Below, piece by piece: positions 31,106 to 43,194 of a stretch of 64,000 nt of DNA. A model generated the notes under the pieces. That model did no database searches and had not been told where the DNA came from. It saw nothing but the letters and a program-made list of their open reading frames with translations. How positions within the stretch are numbered: the stretch's first letter is position 1; every line of letters starts with the position of its first letter. Location of the stretch: the NCBI RefSeq assembly GCF_902459465.1, contig NC_047062.1:18600001-18664000 (forward strand). Direction: 5' to 3'. Position numbers and translations under genes: made by a program. This DNA comes from Asterias rubens. Taxonomy: Eukaryota.

Positions 31106-31490
31106 TTAAAGACACTGAACACTATTGGTAATTGTCAAAGACTAGTCTTCACAGTTGTTGTATCTCAACATATGCATAAAATAACTAACCTGTGCAAAAT
31201 TGAGCTCAATCGGTCGTCAAAGTTGCGAGATAATAATGAAAGAAAAAACACAATTGTCACACGAAGTTGTGTGCTTTCAGATGCTTGATTTCAAGACCAC
31301 AAATTCTAAACCTAAGGTCTCGAAATCAAATTCGTTGAAAATTCCTTCTTTCTCGAAAACTACGTCACTTCAGAGGGAGCCGTTTCTCACAATGTTTTAT
31401 GCTACCAACCTTTCCCCATTACTCGTTACCAAGTAAGGTTTTATGATAATAATTATTTGGAGTAATTACCAATAGTATCCACTGCTTTTA
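31106..31490 (+). mobile_element. Kolobok/T2-type MITE, main family
   Basis: Same TIR and body with internal hairpin ttgatttc(g/a)agacc...ggtctcgaaatcaa. Confidence 0.8.
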
Positions 31491-34400
31491 GGACATGTGG
31501 GCTGTAACTGGACGGTGCTTAAAATCTATGTTTATAGGGACAAGGTGGGCTACGTCTACCCGCAGTCTTCCATTTTCATTAAACAATACTGACATGTTTG
31601 TCTTTACAAACAATGGATGCTGCCTAAAAAGTAACTGTGGGTTTTAAAGGTTTTTCTCGGGTCGAGGTGCTTTATAAAAAATGTACTAATGCCTGTGTCG
31701 CTGCATAAAGTATTAAGGCTAAATTGGATTTCTTTTCATTTGGTCACCATATATTGTAGTAGGCCCTATATAGACTTGAGGCGACAGAATAGTTAATATG
31801 AATCAACAAGATGGATTACAAGTTCCGGTGACCTTGTTTTCGAAATATAAAACTAATAACAACAACGAATGTTGCGTAATGTAACTCCTCCTGTCATTGT
31901 GTGTATAAGCCATATGGTTTATTGCTGTGTTCATGTTGTGTCTTATCAGAATAAATTCAAATGAAATCAAATCAAAAGTTTCCTAGATTTTATTAAAACG
32001 TGACCAGCTGATATTATTGAAATACATTTCACTGATGGTTGATGGATCGCGTGTTTATTGAAAAATGTAGGACAATAATTAAATTAACTCCACGAACAAA
32101 AAACCAAGGGAGCGAGAGAGAGAGGGGGGGGTCGAGTATGTAATCAAGTGGGATGTGTTATCCCTGTTTTTCTAGGCCCGGATCTTTCACTATACTAACC
32201 TTTCCAGTAACATGCTATTCCAAGTGCAGTTTGTATGGTTTGTTTGGTAATCACTCTTAAAATTAATGGCAATAAAAATTACATGCGAGGAAAGTTACCT
32301 GGGCTGTTCGCACTGGACTTGAACCGCTCCGGATTTCTGTAATATCACAAAAACGCAACATCATTTTGGAATACAGTTTTCACCGATATCTTTTTATATG
32401 GATATACGTTCTCTTTGATGACACAAAGGCTTATAGTAGACCTTTATCACGGTGCAGCCATCTTGAATTTCTCCCATTGATATCAATGTTACCAAACCGA
32501 GGCTGGAAGAACAAAATAGGCTGGTTCCTAATTGCAAAATGATCATAATCATTTATTGTTGTTATTTGATACGAGGAACATTACCAAGATGGAGGCAGCA
32601 TGATAATTATTTCTATACACTGATGAAGACGGTTGGTCGGGAAAGCATCCTGCTAAACAATTTCGTATGAAAACCCGAAATAAATTAGAATTCAATAAAA
32701 GTTACACATTTGGATCTCCAAAACTTACCTTAAGGTGAGTTTTAGGGACTCAAGTTTCAGTGGTGTCCATTTTGTGAGGAACGTGGCCTTATGAAATGGT
32801 ACCAGTGTCACCTCGCTAACTGTGGAAAGTTACTTGCCTCGACAAGTAGGTTCTGTATTCAGCTGAAACTCACATGGGTGACTTTTTTTGTATCTTTATT
32901 TAATATTTTGGCCTCTTACGTTGAAAAAAAATCCCAAGTCCAACCGATAACCAAATCTTGTCATAGGCATCCCGGGCCATATCTTTCAGCCGTTCAACAA
33001 TCTATGGATTATAGTCCTCTACCTTTTGTACAATAATGAAGGGCCATTTTGCTCGTGCACTGCAAAAACTTGGGTGTATAATAATAATTTAAAGTCTGGT
33101 ATTGCGACAACACCTAGACAGTGTTAATCATTCTCATTACTGTGGTGTTGGTGAATTTAACACCGCCGGTGATGTCACATAAGATAGAGGTACCAAGATA
33201 ATCAATTTAACCCCGGTTTATGCAGTGTAGTGTCTCGCGTCTTACTTGGAGCCACGGTATACGAGGCAATTTACAGGCAACCACCGTGGACAATCTCAAG
33301 AAGAATGGTCATTCATATTTCAATATTCATTTATTTTTTCTTGTGGATCGTTATGACAATGACTCATTATGCTACCTCGTAAAGTGGTCGTCGTTGCCTG
33401 TAATAGTTGCCTCCCGTGTGTGATAAGGCTCTTGAATCTAATGTCCTCTTGTGAGATATCTATAAATGTGTAATGTATATACACCATACCCATCAGGCCT
33501 CTTAGCGTGTTACCGGATTGAATGTTTATTGTGCCGTCTTTTACCAACAGTTTGTTATCAAGTGAGTTTAAAGTTGCATTGAATTGAATGAATAATAATG
33601 AACAGTGAAACGGTTATCAATTGTATCGATTAATATGAACATAGGGTTAGCCAATAATTTATGTTAAATTAATAAAACATTAAAATTTTAATCATATTTA
33701 GATTGAATTGTAATGTGCACGCATTTATACATAAATCAAAAAGCAAGAGATCGCTCGAACGTTAATTCAAGACATCGCTTCGAGGCCCGTAGTTAACACC
33801 AGACACCAGCCAACTATTACGCGTAACTTAAAGGGGAACCCACACACGTGTCACAAAATCATTGTCAGAGCTATAGCGTTGGGTGGATGGGTGGGGATAT
33901 AAATGACGGTTAACATTTGGTGAACAATGAGCACCAACATACTTTCCGAAATTGAATAAATGTTTACAACATAGGCTAAAGACTGAGTAAAACGGCTAAA
34001 TACTGTTTAAATTAGTACATTTAACTACTTGCTTTCACAGTGGATAAACCGCGGTTTATAACCATACATGATAATGGCTATTAATTAGTTAACCATAAGA
34101 ATTTAACAAGAGTGCAAACATTGGGTCTTTAAGACCGCTGCCCTGTCTTAATATCAGTGCTGCATTTAACTAAAACTTGAGCCTCAACTCTTGAGGTCGC
34201 CCAAAGGTTTCGTCATTGCGCCACACGCGTGCACACCCGCTGCTCGCAGAAAGTTGACGCTGTCATACGTTTTGTGCGTATATCCTTTTCCAAATGCTAT
34301 TTTTGACGGAAACTGATTATTCCGAGAGAGGCATCAAGTATTTGCAGAATCTTTGTAAAAGCCAAGTCCAAATTGTTTAAACTATATGCTTTAAAAAAGA

Positions 34401-35051
34401 CTATACAACAAATCCTATTGTCTTCTTGTAATCAGTGAGAGGGCGTGTGAAGTTGGCGTGGCTTACAGTGGAATAATTACGGTGCGTCACACTTCGAACA
34501 CGATTGACAGCTACTTATGTTTGTATTACGTTGATCTCCATTTTTCTATTGTTTGATCTCTGGACAAAGGTGATTGAGTGTAATTAAATTTGTAGTTTAG
34601 TGATTTTCAAGCCACTTGTTGGTAGCCTCATCGGCTCTCTGAATCCCTGCTCACCTTTTGGTGGTCTGAAGTCGGGCAGTCATACACTGTGTGTGATGGT
34701 TTAATATTAATTGAAACCGATGTTTAACGTACGGGAGATTCTGTCTACCCGGAGATTCTGTCGTGTCCCCCCGCCCCCATACGGCAAAAGGTGTACCAAA
34801 AGTCTTTTGATAGCGCCCTCTGTTGAAACACCATCCTTCAGTTCACGTTAATTTCCTATAATGTTATAGGGGACGGAATCTCCGGTGGACTTATCTTCCT
34901 GGGACACCGGGCGTGCGAAAGCAAGGAACCCGACTGGCGACAAGTCTATTATTCATAGAATAAGATGTATCAGTCAAAGGAGCACAACTTACTGTTTGAC
35001 CTGGTTTGAGTTTGTTCATTTAATGTGAACAGTCTGTGTGGTTGACAGGGT

Positions 35052-36656
35052 TTAAGACACAGTCCCGATTGTGACTCCACTGTTGTCTCCCACCTGGTTC
35101 GAGTCCCGCTGCCTACAGAATACCTCCCTGATGCCTTTACGGAACGGCTTGTTGGTCATGGTGTAAATGACTGGATTCACACAGGAATTACACACGGCCA
35201 GAATAACCGAAATGTGGTGGAAAGGGCCTCCGGCTACCACTGGAACGCTGAAGTTAAACAGGAGGAACCAGATTTGGTTTGGAGTCCAGCACACGGCAAA
35301 TGTCATGACGCAGAAGAGAAGGGTTCGCACCAGGGTTTTCGAAGCTTGGAGCTGCCACATTTTACGCTGGTCACTTGAGTTAGCTCCCATGATGGCTGTG
35401 GGATGGAAAAACGAAGTGTTACAATAACATTAACAGTGAAATCTAAACCGGCTAGTTGGGGAGTGTAGACTTTTTGTTGAAATTGTGGCCGGTTTTGGAA
35501 GCTTAGATGGAGCTATAATTTTCGAGCCGCACTGGTATTGAATTTGCCATGCGAACTCAAAAGAGAAATGCGACATAGACGTACAAGCTAATGTTACAAA
35601 CTACATGCACATCAATTCTCCACACATTTTCTGTCTGGACATTATCGACTGAGGTGACTGTGCACATAAATCAAAGTTGAATTTTAATTTAAATTTTAAT
35701 TCTGAATGTTAAACTTTTCAATTCTTCGGAATCAAGACTGTTAACTTGGAAACGGAACGAACTTTGTCTGCACATTAATTTTACGAAAGTAATGGAAGCA
35801 AGACAAAGTTTCCACAAAAACAATCTTTTCACAATGTCTTTCTTCTGTTTCCTTGACACAAAACTGTTTCCAAAACTGTTTGTCAATTAAACTGTATTTG
35901 ATAATCAAAATGGATTTGAAAATCCCTTGTTTGAAAAAAAAAACTCTCACCGGTTCGACTTGTGAGTATCTTGACTTGTCTGTTCAGGGTTGAGATGACT
36001 TTTAGTTGCGCATACACCATCACAGCCAAAGGACCGAACAATCGAACCGTGAAACCATACAGACCAAAGACCGCCTGGGCTCCCTTATTCGGCCAGCCTA
36101 TAAAACTGCATCTTTTCTCCTCGTCTATTCCGTTGAAAAAGAGGATGTAGGACTCAGTTACTGCTGCCAGAACCCAACACGAAACAATCATGATGTATTT
36201 ATTTCGTTTAGAGAACACTGTCCTGTACTTGTGTGGGCGGACGATAGCTACGTAGCGCTCCAAATTGACGGTGATCAAACAGAAGTCAGAGGTCATTGTG
36301 GAGAACCAAAACAGGAACTGAGAGACGTAAAATCGACACCAGAACTCACCACCGACGAATCCCGGGTTTGGAGTGGGATTCGGCGTCGGTGCGAGAAAAA
36401 AGGGTATCACAAGAAGGCACACCAGGAAATCTATAATGGAAAGATGCACTAAGAAATCACTGGTGTTAGACCGGAGGGACGGCACACGGAGGAGTACGAT
36501 GGCAACCAATAAGTTACCAGTGATTCCCACCACACAGATTATACCGTAGAGAGCTAAGACGAATTTTTCGAACGCATCCCTATCTCCTGCTGCTACGTCT
36601 CCATCACCCATTTCTTCATATGTACTTGTTGTATCAGGGAGATCGAATTGGTCCAT
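35052..36656 (-). CDS. Rhodopsin-class GPCR, galanin/allatostatin-A receptor-like (paralogue 2), about 349 aa
   Basis: Exon 1 35951-36656 (NLERY), exon 2 35052-35395 (CWTP, NSCVNPVIY); same phase-1 intron in ICL3. Confidence 0.88.
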
Positions 36657-37200
36657 GGTGACTTGACTTGAGATGAATGCGGAATGAGAAGCACTCTCCA
36701 ACTCTTTCTCCCAGTCTCCCGATCGAGATGTCGTTGTGTGATACATTCTTAACTTTGCTGTAGGAGGAAAATGGCAACACAATTGTCTATTTCGTCCTTT
36801 TATGTTCACACTTGATTTAGCTTTTTAATTTGCGCACAGGAAACTCCCGTAGAACTAATTCAATAATTGAAAATCTTTCGAAGGAATCACGGAGTTGAGT
36901 TTCTTTGACTGTGCAATATTGTTAGCGATTGCAGCATTTTAATGAAAAGACCTATAATTCTCCCAAGGGAAACACAACATCCTGGAAAGTTTTTAAGCGG
37001 TCTCCATGATGAGATTAGTTAAAAAGTCCATTAAAGTATTAGGGGTTGAGCTAGTGATCTTTTTTTGAAAAGGCAATTTCCACCCGGTACTGAAATTGGA
37101 AAACAAGAATCCATTAGAGAAAAACAAGTGCCTACTTTTAGCAACCTTGAATCGTTCCCTGTTTGTCTTCTAAAACTTAATTAAAAAACTTCAAGAAGGA

Positions 37201-37498
37201 TTTTTTGACAAAATTCATAAAAAAGATTTTTTTTGTTTCTCTGGAAATTAGCTCGAAAATGCTTTTAAGTGCTCTCAAAGGAATTGAAACCGGATGGTCT
37301 TGTGAGATGGTCTTGTTGACTCCGGAGTCTATTATGTATGTTTGAAACAGGCAAACTTCTTGCAATCAACCAATATATGCTCAGGGCGAAAGCTTAATTT
37401 GCTTCCAACCTTTTGTTTCCATTTGTTTAATTTCCTGTCACCCTTGTTGACTATAGCTATTGATACAGACGACTAACGCAACGGCATTACTTTGTCAT
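37201..37498. promoter_or_regulatory. Conserved non-coding block upstream of GPCR2 (shared with GPCR3)
   Basis: Near-identical to 45842-46122; 87-bp core with one mismatch. Confidence 0.5.
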
Positions 37499-37708
37499 CA
37501 AATTAGGTCAATTTTGTCCATTTTAATGCAGGATTATTTGAAATAGAAATCAATAGATTTAAAGAATGTTTACTCTCAATAAAGATTTCGAGTGGGCAGA
37601 AAATCTTAGACGGAGAACTGAAGACACGAACCAATTGTTTTTCTCTCATACCCATTCAAGACAGTGGACGCTTGAGAGGTCTCCGAGATTATGATTAATT
37701 TTTGTATA

Positions 37709-37824
37709 CAGATTATGCCGTAGAAAGCTAAGACGAATTTGGTAAAAACATCAATGTCTTCGGCTATTTTATCCAGTACTTCTTCTGTGGCTGAAGACGC
37801 TGTTGGGAACAGAAGTTGGTCCAA
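37709..37824 (-). pseudogene. 5' relic of the same GPCR family (N-terminus plus start of TM1)
   Basis: Reads (L)DQLLFP...DVFTKFVLAFYGIIC, matching MDQ...KFVLALYGIIC of the paralogues. ATG is replaced by TTG and homology stops in TM1. Confidence 0.65.
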
Positions 37825-38520
37825 TTTCACGAGTGTTGCTGTCAATCGAGTTTTGCCTCCAAAATAGAACACGAGTTGTTTTGTCGATAGTGTTGTTTTC
37901 AAGAGAATACAGACGTTAGTTGAGTTTTACAGCTATGGGTAGTAATATTTATTGCGCTAAAAGTATATCATCCTTAATAGTCGAGAGTTGCCAATCAAAT
38001 TAATCAAATTCTTTTTATGACAATTAATGTTTTTTATTATTAATTCGAGTTGCCAATCAAATGATTTGTTTTACTGACAATTATTTTTTTATTGTTAATT
38101 CGAGTTGACCATCAATTAATGTTTCTCCTGATGAAAATGATTGTTTGTTATTAACTTGAAGATGAAAATGCACAACTTGTTCAGAAACGAAACAAAATAC
38201 AGCCAGTGCGTGCAGTTTTACTCACTCAACGCAGTATTTCAATTAATAAAGGTTGCACGGACATAAAAGTTCAGATTTGATTGAAAATATTATCCAGCTC
38301 ACAGTGCACAATAATTAAGGCATGCCGTAATTATTGTTTGAACTTTCTCCCCACTTTACTTCACGATTTAATATTCTATACGGGAAACAATAGCTTCGAC
38401 GCTTTCAATAATTGAAGACAACCATAAATAACATCACGCACGGATGTGATTTCAAAATTAACAATTCTCTTGAAAGACATGGCTATAATGAGTCTTTTTT
38501 AAATGTCAATGTACTGGACG

Positions 38521-38905
38521 TTAAAGGCAGTGGACACTATTGGTAATTGTCAAAGACTAGCCTTCACAGTTGGTGAATCTCAACATACACATAAAATGGC
38601 AAACCTGTGAAAATTTGAGCTCAATCGGTCATCGAACTTGTGAGATAATAATGGAAGAAAACAAACCTTGTCTCACGAAGTTGTGTGTGTTTAGATGGTT
38701 GATTTCGAGACCTCAAATTCTAAACTTGAGGTCTCGAAATCAAATTCGTGGAAAATTACTTCCATCTCGAAAACTATGTCACCTCAGAGGGAGCCGTTTC
38801 TCACAATGTTTTATACCATCAACCTCTCCCCATTGCTCGTCACGAAGTAAGATTTTATGCCCATAATTATTTTGAGTAATTACCAATAGTGTCCACTGCC
38901 TTTAA
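38521..38905 (+). mobile_element. Kolobok/T2-type MITE, main family
   Basis: TTAA-AGGCAGTGGACACTATTGGTAATT ... AATTACCAATAGTGTCCACTGCCT-TTAA, perfect TIR. Confidence 0.85.
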
Positions 38906-39044
38906 GTTAGTTTTACAAGTATCACCAACTTAATATTAACTAATTGGTGGCCTCGGTGATATGTTTTAATGTGAACAATAAATAAAGAAATGGGCGATAT
39001 TTAACTTAACAGCATTCAAATTTGTATATACAATGTTCTATTAA

Positions 39045-39210
39045 TTTTGGTTTTATCCATATACACCAATGTGTGTCAGCACTGTATATTCAGTACTTTC
39101 TCACTCTGTGAAAAAAACCACAAGCATATTTCTTGGGTGGCATTCGAACCCACGACCTTTGCAATTCTAGAGCAGTGTCTCACCAACTAGACCATCCAGA
39201 GTTCCCGGTA
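39045..39210 (-). mobile_element. tRNA-derived SINE
   Basis: Minus strand has box A tggtctagttgg and box B ggttcgaatgcc, followed by a body also seen at about 28015-28090. Confidence 0.6.
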
Positions 39211-39297
39211 TACACATGATACACAAGATCTAGATGATGCACTCTGCTCGTGTGTTATGGTGTGTAATCTTTCAGAACACGTATGTAGCTACCTTTG

Positions 39298-39684
39298 TTA
39301 AAGGCCGAGGACACTATTGGTAATTGTCAAAGACTAGCCTCCACAGTTAGTGTATCTCAACATATGCATAAAATAATGAACCTGTGAAAATTTGAGCTCA
39401 ATCGGTCATCGAACTTGCGAGATATGAATGAAAGAAAAAAACAACCTTGTCACACGAAGGTGTGTGCGTTTAGATGGTTGATTTCGAGACCTCAAGTTCT
39501 AAATCTGAGGTCTCGAAATCAAATTCAGGGAAAGTTACTTCTTTCTCAAAAACTATGGAACTTCAGAGGGTGCCGTTTCTCACAATGTTTTATACCATCA
39601 ACCTCTCCCCATTACTCGTCACCAAGAAAGGTTTTATAATAATAATTATTTTGAGTAATTACCAATAGTGTCCACTGCCTTTAA
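39298..39684 (+). mobile_element. Kolobok/T2-type MITE, main family
   Basis: TTAA flanks; same body as 38521-38905. Confidence 0.85.
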
Positions 39685-40282
39685 TGAGTTGTTAGCAAGA
39701 ATAGCAGGAGTAAGATGTTTGAACATATTGAAGACAATCAGATGGTACTGATTGAAACGTCGTCGAGTTTAAGTCACCGGTTATTTTCTGATCATCCGCA
39801 TGTCACTGAGAGGGTCTTGTTGACATGCTTACTCCGCTGCATCCACAGAACACCGTTTCATCTGTACCATCGAGCGTAATTGTTGGTGGAATAAACCCAT
39901 TCCTTACTTGCACTTGAATAGATTCGACTGCCTGTCCTCACAATCTTGAAGTTTCTTTAATTCACCAGAAGAATAATTTAGTGTACTTATCTTTTTGTGT
40001 CGGATACGACCTTGGGTATAAATCAATTGTAGACTCAGATTCAATCACAGCCAGACAGGTTTTTGTGTGTTTTTAAAAGAGTTATTTAAGTGAGAATTTG
40101 TTTAAGTGTTTGTATGGACAACATTATGCTACTTTTATAGAACGCTGTCCATGTGAAACATTATTCAACAAACCATAACATGGTTAGGGTTTTTAAAAGC
40201 TCTCCATCGGTCGATCGAGTTAAAAGAACTTATACGCATTCATTGTTTTCAAACATTTTAGTATTTTTACTCGCAAGATCAT

Positions 40283-40425
40283 AACTAGATAGCTCAGTTG
40301 GTAGAGCGCCGGCACGTTAATCCGGAGGTCGTTGGTTCGAATCCCACTCTAGTCAATTCTTTGTTCAACCCCAAAAATCATTTACAAATTTACCCAGTCA
40401 GTTTCCCTTGTGGTTTATATTGATA
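40283..40425 (+). mobile_element. tRNA-derived SINE (tRNA-like head, GTT loop) with non-tRNA tail
   Basis: tagctcagttggtagagc box A/D-arm and ggttcgaatccc box B. Mismatches in the acceptor, anticodon and T stems; no U33. Confidence 0.65.
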
Positions 40426-40762
40426 ACTAAATATGTTACTCATTTCTCAAAAATAAAGTCTTAGCATTTTAAACGAAATATGTTTTTAAAGGGAAGTGTT
40501 CATGACAATAGATATATTGTGCGCTAAAATCTGTGAACATTTTTATTTTACTCTTTTGTTGTATATACCCTCTAGTTATATTATTTACTCATTTTCAGTA
40601 TTTAGACATTACTTTTTCACAACATATATAACCATTTATTAAACAACTTGATGCTCAGCCCCAAAATATTGTTTGTGTAAATTTGAATTACAGAATTCAA
40701 TCTCTTCGTTTTTTGAAAGTCATCGTAAAAGAGTACTGTCATATATTCGTGTATGGATTATC

Positions 40763-40973
40763 CATAGAGTTATATATTATATAAGAACTAGAGCGCACAC
40801 TGGCCTATACGCGCCCCGGTATGCGAGCAGGCGGCAATTTTCTAAGTTGACAAAACAGCTATCTCACAGCGTGTGTTCGTGCAGAATGACGCGCTTGTCA
40901 TCTTGCGGTCCAGTGGCGTTTGTGCACGAAGCATCACTCGTGCGCCCTCTAGTTCTTATTATATAACTCTATG
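40763..40973. mobile_element. P-superfamily-like MITE (CATAG ends, 8-bp TSD)
   Basis: TIR CATAGAGTTATATA...TATATAACTCTATG; exact TSD GGATTATC at 40755-40762 and 40974-40981. Confidence 0.75.
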
Positions 40974-41667
40974 GGATTATCCCAGTGAGAAGGGCGCCAA
41001 TCGTGGTATCAATTTTTGGTTTAAATCCTTGGCCGATTTTGCAAAGCCCTAAGAGTTATCAATGATGATATCACAGTTTGCTTAGCAACTAAGATTGATT
41101 CGCTCTTTTAGATCAATCTTAGCTCTTTGTGAAATCGAGTAACTTGGATTTTCAATGAGACACTGTGAAAAAGGGAGCAGAAGATAAAGATTGTTTTTTC
41201 ATCACTTAGAACTATTGTTCCTTCTTTACAGTGCATTATGTGTTATTGGTGCTTCTTGTTTTAACCATTAACATCGACACTCTTGCTTAGCTTCTGAGCT
41301 GTATACCTCTACCCGTTTGTATATCTACCAAATCAAATTAGGGTATACATGAAAAGCATTGTACAGGCGGTGCACGTGTGATACACCTCATAAAACCCAC
41401 TAAACATAAGATTTAAAAAGTGAACGAGTAGTTGTAATGCTGTACCTTTTTTCAAGCATACTGGCAAGAACATTGAAAACAGACATCGCATCATTGTACC
41501 AGCATTTATCAAGTAAAAAGGGACCCCTCTTCTACGTGGGGGAGGACTGATCTTGTATCTGTGTGTTTTTACCTAGTGGGGCAGAGATGGTTCTTGTGAT
41601 TGGTTTAGCTTGGTGCGCTACATTTGGCAGCACAAGCTTTACTCACATCGGAACTAACTGTGATGGT

Positions 41668-42061
41668 TTAAAGGAACACGTTGCCTTGGATTGGACGAGT
41701 TTGTATATAAAAAGCGTCTGTAACCCTTTTTTATAAAATGCATATGGTTGGAAAGATGTTTCAAAAGTAGAATACAATGATCGACACAGGTTTGCCTCGA
41801 AATTGCGTGGTTTTCCTTTTACTGTGTGCGAACTAACACGGTCGGCCGTTTATGGGAGTCAAACATTTGACTCCCATAGATGGCCGACCGTGTTAGTCGA
41901 CGAGGTAAAATGAAAACGGTGCAATTTCGAGGCGTGTTAGTGTGGATCATTGTATTGTACTTTTACAACATCTTTCTACCCATATGCATTTTATAAAAAA
42001 ACCAGGTTACAAACGCTTTCAAAGACCAACTCGACCGATCCAAGGCAACGTGTTCCTTTAA
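41668..42061. mobile_element. Kolobok/T2-type MITE, second family
   Basis: TTAA flanks; 20-bp perfect TIR AGGAACACGTTGCCTTGGAT; long internal hairpin about 41833-41898. Confidence 0.8.
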
Positions 42062-42697
42062 GGAGCGAAATAAATGGCCCAGTGATGTTGGAGTGCCATG
42101 AGTACCACTGGGTGTGACGGATGTAAACACCACAAAAGGATCCACCTAAAAGCCGGGACTAAAGCTAGACTTCGGTTGTATACAGGAAATGAAAGTAAGA
42201 TGCAGCTTAATCTATTAAGAGTCAACTGCGTATCCTACGTCATGATACATCATCAATTAAGTTGATTACCTAGTAGACTGTTTTCTTTGCGCGGACACAC
42301 ATCAGTGTGATGCACCTTCTCGATCGGCCTTGTATACGTTTCTTCTGTCTCCTCAGCCTGAACATGCGATGTAACATTTCAAAGCTCGTGAACCACATTT
42401 CACCTACATTTTGTTACAAATTGAGATACACAGGCAAAACATAGTTTACATGTAAATATACACCGCTGGCGCAGACGAACGAAAGTGCAACTGCTAAACA
42501 TGACCTCGGATAATATAACCTTATACGTCACAGCACCTTTATCCAATGAAATAATTTTATCCATTGGAATAACCCCCATGGTTCTGTGAAACCAACCTGT
42601 CTTCAGGGGACCAGTCGATCTGTCTCTCTGGAATTGAAATTTTCCAGGGCAAACTATTGGTGGCGCTCTGTAATATAAACACCTGGACAACATTATT

Positions 42698-42948
42698 GGG
42701 TGCGTTCTTTTAGCTTCTCTGGGTTGACCCGGTCTGCCCCCGTGCGTTCGAATAGCTTTGACGTCATTCCAGGGGCTCAGCCGGGTCAGCCCCCAGTGCC
42801 CTGCTTGTGGAGTGGGTTACTTAGGGTTGACCTGAGGTACATGCCATCACCACGAGAGGGCGAGTGTGATCGTTGGATTAGCTCTTGTCAGGGGCTCACC
42901 CGAGTGTGCACTGCGGGGTCAACCCAGGGAAGCTAAACGAACGCACCC
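42698..42948. mobile_element. Second copy of the same PIF/Harbinger-type MITE
   Basis: Same TIR and body; 3-bp TSD ATT. Confidence 0.75.
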
Positions 42949-43194
42949 ATTATAGACGTTTTCGCAATACTCGGTACGCGCATTTTAGGCGTGAGTTGGG
43001 GTGCATGCTGGTCTAGCTAGCTATCAAGTTTCGTCGCTAGCTAGACCATCATGCAACTCATTCAACAGGTAGCGATGCGAAGTAAGACCACATTCAATCC
43101 AGTGTTGATGTCGTAAGTATAGTATCTGCTTCTGTGTGTAAAATAATTTGAAACATTGTCGGTTTCCTAACAGAACTGAATCATGCACGTCTAT

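Noticed and set aside
31200-31436. Similar small ORFs at 9040, 31200, 38570, 39415, 39474, 59712 and 62431
   Set aside because: All are chance frames within copies of the same non-coding MITE.
40283-40355. Functional tRNA-Asn(GTT) gene
   Set aside because: Mismatches in the acceptor, anticodon and T stems, no U33, and it continues into a SINE-like tail without a terminator T-run directly after.
42400-42693. 97-aa minus-strand ORF
   Set aside because: No recognisable domain, start context or exon partners.
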